Part shown: positions 1 to 10,302 of the stretch, piece by piece | How the letters are laid out: each line of letters opens with the position of its first letter | Position numbering within the stretch: the stretch's first letter is position 1 | From: Octopus bimaculoides | Taxonomy: Eukaryota | Direction of reading: 5' to 3' | Assembly: GCF_001194135.2 (NCBI RefSeq) | Contig: NC_068998.1 | Location: 29,364,268 to 29,428,267 of the forward strand | Length of the DNA: 64,000 nt | The notes under the pieces: model-generated | What the model was told of the DNA's origin: nothing | Seen by the model: only the letters and a program-made list of their open reading frames with translations | Database searches by the model: none | Program-made: the position numbers and the translations under genes

Positions 1-42
1 AACTTTGTATGGGGTTCTGATGATTACGGTTCCATTACAAAT

Positions 43-98
43 CAGGCTGAAGAGAAATAGACAGTCGGTAAGATTGTTGAATTTGAAACCGGTACCTG
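43..98 (+). ncRNA. Candidate type I minimal hammerhead ribozyme (PLE-type)
   Basis: Helix I CAGG(43-46)/CCTG(95-98); core CTGAAGA(47-53); helix II region 54-84 (ACAGTC/GATTGT, AAAT/ATTT); GAAA(85-88); palindromic helix III ACCGGT(88-93); cleavage triplet GTA(92-94). Confidence 0.7.
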
Positions 99-241
99 TT
101 TAATAATGTTCCTTTTCAGTGATTTTAAATTTCTTGCCCGCTTACGTTTTGGTATCACACTATATTTCATGTTGAGAACAATTTAGGTCTTTTTAGACAC
201 AAGATGTGATCTATTTCTAGCACATTAAATGTCCACGTTAG

Positions 242-252
242 TGGTCAACGTC

Positions 253-285
<33 letters not shown>

Positions 286-465
286 GGTAGATATGTATTT
301 GTAAGTGTATATATCTGTGTATGTAAATGTAGGTATGTGTGTGTATCTGTATGTATGTATGGGCATATATATATATACATATATATCATCATCATCATGG
401 TTTAACGTCCACATGGAAAGCAGACATTAAACAATGATGATGATGATGATATATATATATATAGT
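242..465. repeat. Compound microsatellite (TA)n/(TG)n/(ATC)n with back-to-back RTE-type tails
   Basis: Direct inspection; (CAT)n-GGTTTAACGTCC and CATGGAAAGCAGACATTAAACAA-(TGA)n match the RTE tail at 54890-54920. Confidence 0.85.
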
Positions 466-699
466 TATTAATATTTCTAAGTCTCTTTAAAGGAGACTAC
501 GGCAGCGGTACTGGAAATTAATAGTTATCGCCAAGCCAACATGGCAGTCCCAAAATTAGGACGAATGCTGCCATGAATTAGCTCCAAGAGGCCATCACCT
601 CTAGCTAGCTATGTGACACACGAAACCTGTGTCCTTTATAACCTTCGAACAGGGGACGTCAGCAGCTTCCCCTTGCTGGTTTGGTGTTATTACCTGGTT

Positions 700-1860
700 T
701 TATCGATTAAGGATAAACATCATACTCATTTCATACAATTTGATATTTCAAACTATTACACTTCAATTTCACCAATCCTCCTTAATAAAGTTTTAATCTT
801 TGGTCATAACTTTAAAACAATTTCTCAACATGATACCGACATTATAACTACCACAAAAACTCTAATTTTAACAACACAAATTGGACCAGGACTACTATAC
901 ATGATTATTTTGATATAACAATGGGGCCATCTGACTCTGCACAAATTACAGATCTGGTGGGCCTATTTTTATTATCACAAACTAAATCGAACTTCCTTGA
1001 AATAGCAGGCAGATTATACAAAGATGATGCCCTTTTCACTACTACCAGATTATCCAAACCAGCAGTCGAACACACTAAAAAAAGGTTACTAAAATTTCTC
1101 AAAAATTATTATAACTTGCACATTTAATTCGAAACTGATACCAAAATAGCCAACTTCCTTGATGTTACATGGAATTTAAATACCAAGACATACCAACCAT
1201 ATCATAAGCTGAATCAAACACTACAGTACATCAATGTTATCTCCAATCATCCTACAAGCACCATAAAAAGTATTGTAACCAGAATTTTAATAAGAATCTC
1301 AAATTTATCTGTTAACTAGACAATATTTAACAACCACACTCCACATTACAAGCAAGTATTACATTTAAGTGGTTTCCAGGAAAAAATATATTATATACAT
1401 AATACTATACTAAAAACAAAAATAGCAAACATTTTCCAAAAAGAATGCTAAGTCTACTAAATCTGCCTCCACTGAAAATCAATTAAAAAATTTACAATCT
1501 AAATTACACACAAGACCACACTGGCTATATCAAAAATTTACATTCAGTTTGTATGACACTCCAAATAAAAATGTAATGCCACTCAACAATGTATCTAAAT
1601 CAAGAAAACGTGAAATCATTTGGTACACCCCTCACTTTTCCCTTCAAATATAATCATTACCAAAACTTTTCGTTAAAATTTTGAAAACAAACTTTCCGAA
1701 ACACCATAAATATTATTCTATATTCAATAAATCTTCTGTGAAAATTTGTTTCTCTACAACTCCTAATTTGGGATCGATAATATCCTCTATTAATAAATCA
1801 AAAATTAGTGCACAACCCTATAAATCTAATGCATTAGATAAATATAAGAAACTGGGTCAA
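700..1860 (+). mobile_element. Degenerate Penelope-like retroelement, RT and linker region
   Basis: Fragmented frames give HFIQFDISNYYTSIS (motif A), MGPSDSAQITDLVGLFLL (motif B), LYKDDAL (motif C), NFLDVTW, YINVISNHP, IIWYTP and NFPKHHKYYSIFNKSSVKICFS, in the order typical of PLE RT-linker. Confidence 0.85.
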
Positions 1861-1904
1861 TTTCCCAACTATAAAACACACGTAACTTGTAGCTCCAATA
1901 AATA

Positions 1905-4690
1905 TATGTGTGTATGTAGCTATTCTACTAGTAGAGAAATGGATGAATAAGGTGATTGAGGCAGTCAGGGTATGTGATAGAATTGTTAAGCTAAGAATAG
2001 CCTTCTTTGATGTAACTGTATCAGTTATCTCAGTATATGCTCCACACACCAGACTCACAGATACTCAGATGGACCGCTTCTACAAATCCTTTCTGAGGAC
2101 TACTTCAACAACATTCTCATTGTAGCAGGGGATTTTAATGGACATATTGGAAGATACCCCAATGGATTTCAGGGTGTGCATAGAAGCTATAGCTTTGGCT
2201 CTAGAAATACGGAAGGAACAAGGCTGTTGGAGTTTTGTGATGTGCATGACTTACTGGTCTACAACACCAACTTCAGAAAACTTACCAACCATCTGATCAC
2301 TTATCAATCTGGGGGACATGCCAGCCAGATTGATTACATCCTCACCATACACAGGGACAGATATATGGTCATAAATGCAAAATCTTTCTTGAATGAAGAA
2401 TGTACAACTCAACATAAGCTAGTGGTTAGTGACTCCAGGATTAGGGTCCGAAGGACCCAGAGACGCAAGCCGATATGGAAAAAGGAGGTTGTGGAAGCTC
2501 AAAGATCCTTCAAACAGACAGAAATTTAGAGGTGTTCTTAATGAAGCTTTTGATTAGAAGGAGGAAAAAAGAGCGACATATCTTGTAGACAACCACTGGA
2601 AGTTCTTAGAGGACAATCTACTGAGGGTGACAAACCAAGTCTGTGGTTGGAGTAAAGCCTCTGCCAGACCAAGAGTGACTTGGCAGTGGAACAATGAGGT
2701 TGACAGTGTCATAAAAGAGAAGAGACGGAGTAAGAAAGAATGGAAAAGAATGGGTAAGAAAGAATCATTCCAGAAATTTAAAAGAGAAGCATGGCATCAG
2801 GTTTATTTAGCTAGGGCATGAAAATCAGAGACTTGAGGTGTTCTGGATTGCTAGACAGTGTGTCAAAGAGAATTAAGATATTGTGAGAGATAAGTGCTTG
2901 AACTTAATGATGCAGACAAGAAATAGGCATGGAAGAGTTACTATGCAAAGCTATTGAATGTGGAGAATGATTAGGATAAAGGGAGTCTCCTTTATCCAAC
3001 AGAGAGACCAGCTATCCAAGTGGACAGCAATATGGTAGATAAGGGAATTATAGACATGAAAACAGGGAAAGCCCCTGGTCTATCAGGAGTCACTGCTAAG
3101 ATGCTCAAAATATCCGGTGAGGTAGAATACAGGCTAGTCACCTGCAAAGTTAATCAGGTTATTTAGGAAGGTGTAATACCCAGTGACTGGTGTAGCAGCA
3201 TTATAGTTAGCTGCTACAAAGGTAAGGGAGATGCCTTAGATATAAGCAATTATAGAAGCATCAAACTCCTGGACCAGATGATGAAAATTACAGTGAGAGT
3301 TATAGTCCAATCAATTAGGGGCAGAATTAGGCTAGACAAAATGCAGTTTGGTTTCATCTCAGGGAGAAGCTCTACTGACACTATTTTCATAGTTAGGCAA
3401 CTGCAAAAGAAGTACTTAGCTAAGAACCATTATACTTGACATTTGTTGATCTAGAGAAAGCTTTTGATAGAGTACCCTGATGTGTGATATGGTGGGCTCT
3501 GAGGAAGCTAAGGGTAGATGAGTGGCTTATGAAAGCTGTTCAAGCCATATACAGAGATGCTGCCACTAAGGTGAGAGTTAATGAGTACAGCAAAGAATTT
3601 CATACACAGGTAGGCATTCATCAAGGCTCAGTCCTCAGTCTTCTCCTTTTCATCATTGTCCTCCAAGCTATAACAGAGGAATTCAAGACTGGCAGACCCT
3701 GGGAACTGCTAAATGCTAATGATCTTGTCCTCATAGCAGATTCTATATCAGAGCTAGAAGAGAAATTCCAGGTGTGCAAAGACCCTACTCCTTCAGGTAG
3801 GTAGCCCTGCTCAATTTGTGGGAAAGGAAGAAGCAGGAATTTCATACAGTGTACTCACTGTAAGCTATGGACACACAAGAGGTACAGTGGAATAATAGGA
3901 AGATTATCAGAGAAAGTAGTGTTCATATGTGGAAGATGCATAGGAGCCTTAAAAACTACAGATACTCAGGAAATTGATTCTCTCAAATGCCTTGGTGGTT
4001 CATTAGAGGTAGTGGATAATTTCTGCTACCTAGGGAACCAAATAATTTCTGCTACCTAGGGAACCAAATAATTTCTGCTACCTAGGGAATGTATGGAGAG
4101 CATTATAGCTAGAATAAGAACAGGATGGAGGAAATTCAGAGAACTTTAACCTCTGTTGGTTTCTTTCCTGAGGGAAAGGAAGATTGTAGGATGCATGTAT
4201 ACGGACAGTTATTCTACATGGGCCCTGAAGGCAAGACATGCAAAGGTTAGAGAGGAATGATGCTAGTATGCTCTACTGGATGTGTAATATAAGTGTACAT
4301 GTTCAACAGAGTGCTAGTGTATTGAGAGAGAAGTTAGGCATAAGAGGAATTAGATGCAGTGTGAAAGAGAGATGACTGTACTGGTTCAGTCATGTGATGT
4401 AGATGGATTCCAACAGCTCCATAAAGAAGAGCCAGTATTCAATATAGATGGGACACATGGAAGAGGGAGACCCAGGAAGACATGGAACAAAATACTGAAG
4501 GATGACCTCAGGACACTGAACCTTTCAGACAAGATGACAAAGAACCAAGATACCTGGCACCTTGTTGTACCCAAGAAGACTCGTAATTCACAGCAGAAGT
4601 GTCAAGGCTGGTGAGGAGGATTGGCCTGCAAGAGTCCTGTGCCAATTCCACATAAAAGCATTCATGTGGTGTCACATTAAAAGCATCAGT
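1905..4690 (+). mobile_element. RTE-clade LINE, slightly 5'-truncated and pseudogenised (APE + RT)
   Basis: APE motifs VISVYAP, GDFNGHIG, GSRNTEGTRLLEFC, SQIDYIL, TQHKLVV; RT motifs GKAPG, QFGF, DLEKAFDRVP, GIHQGSVLSLLLFII; C-terminal GRGRPRKTW; many stops and frameshifts. Confidence 0.95.
4016..4089 (+). repeat. 26-bp tandem duplication (~2.8 copies) inside the RTE
   Basis: TTCTGCTACCTAGGGAA recurs at 4021, 4047 and 4073. Confidence 0.95.
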
Positions 4691-5430
4691 GCTCTATCTG
4701 AAAGGTCAATTATCCAGAATGGGGTAATATAGGGGATTGCCTTCAGACCACTATTGTTTGTAATAGCTTAAGCCAATTAATTTGGTTGACGATACTAAGA
4801 TATAAATAAACAGTAAAAGGACCCAAAATAATATTAAATGCCTTTAGAAGGACTTTGATGCTGTATACATACTGGACTAGAGAAAACAATATGAAGTTCA
4901 GTACAGTATTACCATACATTCTCCAACAATACAAAATGATGACACACAGCTCAAAGAAACTGCAATACCAAGGCCTGAAACTGTGAAGGTCCTGAGAATT
5001 GCAATGAATAAAGATACATCATTTCATGCACTTATTAAAAAAATGGAAAAAAAACAGGCCGAAGATTAGCAGGATGGATTCTAAGGATATTTGAACAAGA
5101 CCACAAGAGGTCATGATTGCTTTCTGGAAGACTGTTGTTCTTAGTCACCTAAATTATTGAGTTATAGTCAGTCCATACTACCAAGATTACTAATGAACTG
5201 AAGGTAATCATACTCAAAACAAATGACTCTATACACCAAATGTGCTCCTGAAAGAGGTTAAAGGCTTTGAAACTATATTTCTGGGAAAATAGAAGGGAAT
5301 GATGATTTACAAAAATCTATATCTGGAAAGTACTAGAGAAACTAGCACCAAACAAAACATCAAAAAGGACACTAATGTATAATCTTAAAAGTTCTGCTTT
5401 CTTGCTCTTATTGAGAACAAGGCACTTGAG
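4690..5430 (+). mobile_element. CR1/L2-group LINE RT 3' fragment
   Basis: GVI*GIAFRPLLFVI (approximates GVPQGxxLGPLLF), LVDDTKI (approximates FADDTK), GWILRIF, VMIAFWKTVVLSHLNY, VLEKLAPN. Confidence 0.7.
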
Positions 5431-5959
5431 TTTCAAATGTTCACAGCTATTCAGTGTTCTCCTTCAAAGCATGGGGATGGGTTATATATGCAAATGTCCA
5501 ATGAATGCAATGGAGTGAAAGTTGGTAGAGTTGGAAAGGTTGCCTCTCTTGGGATGCAACACACTGTAACATGCTTTCAAAGTTCAGGATAGATTTCTGG
5601 AGAGAATGAAGAGCTTGATGAACATTGTGGCTATTTCTGATGTGCAATATTCAAGAGTAATGGAAGACTGTCAAGACTGGTAGGAAGGAGATAGACTTGG
5701 AAGAGGTTTGACAAGTGTGTGGTATGGAGTTGACTGCAAAGCAGACATTAATGGTAGAGTCTTTCTTTACAGCAATACTGCTTGCAGAACCATCAATGTT
5801 ATGAAGCAAAGGAAAATTCAATTCAATAAACTTAGTTTCAGAGGTGAAATAACCTGAGAGCTGTATGAAGTCATTTTTAGCAGTTTGGATGATGACCTTT
5901 TAGATGTTGCATTGATGAGCAAATACGCCTAGTTTTTGGAGGTATAGTGGGTTTTGCCA

Positions 5960-6960
5960 CTTGCTGTGGCAGTCATTAAGTATGACATCTCTCTATACAA
6001 TCTGATTGATTATACAAGTGATTTGTGTGTATCCTACATCAGTGGATATCTTCAGCATCTGGTCTAGTTGCTTTCCCTTCCTTCCGATCCTTAATGATAC
6101 ATTCAATAGCTGGTCTCTTTCTCTCCTACACATTCTCTTCACTTGGCAACCTCTTTAGTAACACTTCTGCATCTTTATTCTCCTTATCAGTGAGGTCAAG
6201 CATGCCACTGCCATCACACCTTTCCTCAATGACATTTTGATTCACATTGACACTTTCTTTTGCACCCCAGTGCATATCAAGCTTCTGATTCCCTCATCAC
6301 AGAACATTAGCAAACCTCTTAGTTTCAGCAGCTTCTTTTAATGTTTATTGCTTCCCTCTTACTTCTGATCTATCTGGGCCAGTCTCTTAGTATTTACAGT
6401 TCTATTTAATGTACTATTCTACTTAACCTTACTTTATCCACAGACCTGATCTGTGACTCACAGCAAGTTATCTCATAGAAACTCCCAATTGTCCTTTATC
6501 TCTGTCTCCCAGCCATCTGCATGAACTGATATTTCTTTGAACCTCCAACTGACTGAAAGGTTTTTCAGCTTACATACCTTCCTTCTCCAGATTGTTTTAT
6601 GTCTCTTCGACCATGTAGGTCTTATAGAGAGATCAATGATCCCTTGTCTATGTTGTATGGTGCATTCTTCAATTAGTTATGTATCCTGTTTCTTGGAGAG
6701 TATAAAATTTATTTGATTTACATATTTACCTGAATGATCAGGTGGTTAAGTCAGTTGCATTACAGAATTTCAGGGTCCTTCATGAGTCCCTGTTCCTCAT
6801 ACCATATCCAAAGCATCCATGTACAATGGTGTATCCATCATGTATTTTGTCCAGTAAAATCGCCAGCCTTCATAACGTGGTCATTGTCATTCATCATTGA
6901 GGTAGTCACTGAGCTAACAAAGGAGCCTCTATACATTCACTTGACCAGCTTATAGTAGAA
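5960..6960 (-). mobile_element. Highly degenerate RTE fragment (APE C-terminus to RT N-terminus)
   Basis: Minus-strand translations KAGDFTGQ (approximates AGDFNGH), IWRRKVCKLK and EERCDGSGMLDLTD parallel the RTE at 1905-4690. Confidence 0.6.
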
Positions 6961-6974
6961 GCCGAACTATCATC

Positions 6975-7100
6975 TTAAAACAGGTAGGACACAGTGGGCA
7001 ATAGTCCTTGATATGTAAAAATGTGGGTAATCATGGACGGAATGACTCTGATTTTAGGTCTACTCGATCTGGGTTGACCTGAGGTTAAACAACAGGAGTA
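6975..7100 (+). mobile_element. SINE-like repeat fragment
   Basis: TCATGGACGGAATG...GGTCTACTCGATCTGGGTTGACCTGAGGTTAAACAAC; a related sequence lies in reverse at ~8950-9020. Confidence 0.45.
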
Positions 7101-7340
7101 ACAATGTGTCAAGCGTGCATTACGGTAAATACATACGTTTAACATGATAATAATACTAATATTAATGTCATAAACGGAATATGCGTGCACAGGCAGTAAG
7201 ATAACATGACAGACAGGTAGAAATCAAAACAGGTTGATATAGGTAATGCATGTTAGATAAGATAGAGGGAATGATACAACTTACATGACAGTCAGATATG
7301 GATACGGAACAAAAAAAAATAATGTTTGTATATGATCATT

Positions 7341-7430
7341 CGGCGAAGGTAAAGAATACGCACACCATCCGTTTTCGGCGGTTAGAGTTACGCCGAAAAC
7401 GGGTGGTGTGGGTATTCTTTACCTTCGCCG
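7341..7430. repeat. Near-perfect 40-bp inverted repeat with 10-nt loop; possible tiny MITE
   Basis: Arms 7341-7380 and 7391-7430 pair at 38/40 positions; GATCATTC occurs directly repeated at 7334-7341 and 7430-7437. Confidence 0.85.
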
Positions 7431-7899
7431 ATCATTCAATCAGGTTTACAATCAAAGAATATAGATGGAACAAAAGGACCAGAATTATTTTCATTCATGA
7501 CCGAAAGTAAGGTTGGATGAGTCACGGTGGAATGCTACAGTAGCATGGGTGGGTGTCCCATGGAAAGAAATATCAAACGTTTCAAAGACAGCTCGTTATC
7601 CAAACAAAATAAAGGTATTCAATATTTTGAAAGGTAAACATTGGTGTATAAAAAAAATATGACTTTCACAGTTACCTTTATAAAAGTACATGTCTGAATT
7701 ACGAAGAGCTGATATCTTCACTTAGCTGGGTTGCGTTGTCTGCGCACACGGCAGGAATATCAAGTACAAACACCCCAGCACGGAGTCTTGATATTCAACA
7801 TTTAATTAATATTGTTTGGGGGTGCGGATTATACCGACCTAACAAGGTACCTCATTTTAAGTACCTAAATCAACTGAATCTTAATTATATTTCATATAA

Positions 7900-7942
7900 T
7901 AGTGAGTGGATTTGGTAGACGGAAACTGAAAGAAGCCCATCA

Positions 7943-8005
<63 letters not shown>

Positions 8006-8034
8006 GTGTATATATTTATGTGTGTCTTTGTGTC
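7900..8034 (+). mobile_element. tRNA-derived SINE internal fragment plus (TG)n/(TA)n, cut by gap
   Basis: GTGAGTGGATTTGGTAGACGGAAACTGAAAGAAGCCC is identical to 43611-43647. Confidence 0.85.
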
Positions 8035-8879
8035 NNNNNNNNNNNNNNNNNNNNNNNNNNNNNNNNNNNNNNNNNNNNNNNNNNNNNNNNNNNNNNNNNN
8101 NNNNNNNNNNNNNNNNNNNNNNNNNNNNNNNNNNNNNNNNNNNNNNNNNNNNNNNNNNNNNNNNNNNNNNNNNNNNNNNNNNNNNNNNNNNNNNNNNNNN
8201 NNNNNNNNNNNNNNNNNNNNNNNNNNNNNNNNNNNNNNNNNNNNNNNNNNNNNNNNNNNNNNNNNATATACGTGTGATAAACGACATTTTGAAATCAGGT
8301 TTAAAGCACTAACAAGAGTCCCATCAATTTAGTTTATCAAGGTGTTACGTAGACTATCAACAGTTTTCATATAATCAAGAACTCCAACACCTTATTGGAT
8401 TTTGTTGTCGTACAGAACCAAGTTAACACTATTCAGCACACCTATGTTGAAGGGCGTGCGAAGCTTAATAATCCCGTGATTTTCTTGTTTTTTGTTTGTT
8501 TTTAATGTCCGTAAACCTAAAGACGATACAGCATGTTTTAGCTTTTTAAGACGGTACTATATGACTTGAGCGAGATTTGCTTGGTATTTCTAGGAGAAGC
8601 ACCCATGTAAAGATTTTCATGGCAAAGTGTTTTGATTAAGAGTGCTTGTGTTGACGTAGGTACTGTGTATTGTTTCAAAATATCTTTCTATTTCAATATT
8701 TACAAAACGAAAGTGTTTAATAAGGATACTAAATCGATGGGACACGTATTGCTCAGTAATACCGGGTTGGATTGATACACATTTACAACCAGTGAACAAA
8801 TGTTCCGTGGTATGGAACCAGAAGTATCTTAAAAAAGGAGGAAAGAACTATCTTCTTCCTTTCCTATGAGGTACGAGAC

Positions 8880-9130
8880 TTTGAGGGACAGCTGTTCTTT
8901 CCCATAAGGTATGGGACTTCGATGGACGGCTATTCCAAAACTCCGCCATGTTATCTTAAGTCAGCCTTGATTACGAAAACCTATGTCAAATACATCCAGC
9001 CATGACCATCACATCTTTTCTATATATAAAACTATATTGACCAATGCGGTCTTCTTGTTTTAATATAGTGGAATGTGATTTTGAGATTCGGCTGCTATAT
9101 CTAATAAGTCGAGCGACCGCACGGAAGCTT
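8880..9130. mobile_element. Degenerate SINE-like composite fragments
   Basis: CATCCAGCCATGACCATC-type segment is the reverse of the 6975-7100 repeat; the family is not determined. Confidence 0.35.
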
Positions 9131-10302
9131 TATCACTATATTGTGACGTGCACCACCTTTCATCTATGCACTTACAATTATCGACAAGGAATGACAGTGA
9201 AATATAAATGGATATTCATACTTATAATTGTACAAGCATGTACATACATACATACATAAGACACATTTGTTGTGACTTACCAATTGGCAACTCAAGTATA
9301 TTGTAAGCTTCCTTCCTTGTCAAGGCCATTTATAACAAAATATAATAAAGTCGAAGTTCCTTTCCTTTATTTGTATTATTGCACCGTAAACATCCAAGTG
9401 TCACCTCGCACGAACACAAGTAGCAACCGCCATATTCACTAAAGCATGTGAATATATCACGTGATCAAGCACAATTCGAGTATTATTGAATTATCCCCCT
9501 TCGATTCGTACAGTGGCTACTATTGAAATTCTTTAAATACTTTCTTTCTCTAGTTAGAAACTGCTTATAATACTGGGTTCAGCTTCTTGTTCTGACTATT
9601 AATCTAATTTTATGTTACGCTATATTAAGTTATTAATCAAGAATGCTATTTCTTTAACATCAGCCAGGTGCACTTCCTATGTCCAATAGTCGTATAACGG
9701 AGATGGATAAATAAAGAAAATATAAAAATGATATACGACGTGAGATGAAAATGAACTGGTAAGCGACGATTTATTCTCCGTTATAAAATACAATGATTGC
9801 CATACATGAAATAAAATAGATATAACAGGTTACAACAAAGATCTGTGAGAAACTTCGTGGTCAGGCTGTACTGTTGATCTTGTAGATAAGGTTGACATAC
9901 TGTTTTGTGGTGTGTAGAGGCAGCCGTTGGTCTTTTGGTTGTGTGGTGTTCATCCAACAACGATCTAAACAGGTGTCTGGTGGAGATGAAAGCAGAGAGC
10001 GGCTGGTGTCAGATACATCATTGTCAGAGACGAGTGGCGTGTGCCAAAGAATTTCTTTATTTGCCTATAGGAGCATACATAGAGGAGACAGAACAAGGAC
10101 GGTCTTTACACAGGGCTGGGGTTACAATCATAATGATAAAAATTGATTAAATCGGTATGTTAAATCAAAAAGATGAATGAGATTAAAAATTAAATGATTA
10201 TAATAAACACCGTTCTTGGGTTTTTATTTAACCCGCCGGCTTTTTTTTTTTTTTGTCCTTTGTTTTCCGTTCCTTTTTTTCCTTCTTTTTCGCCTTGACC
10301 GG

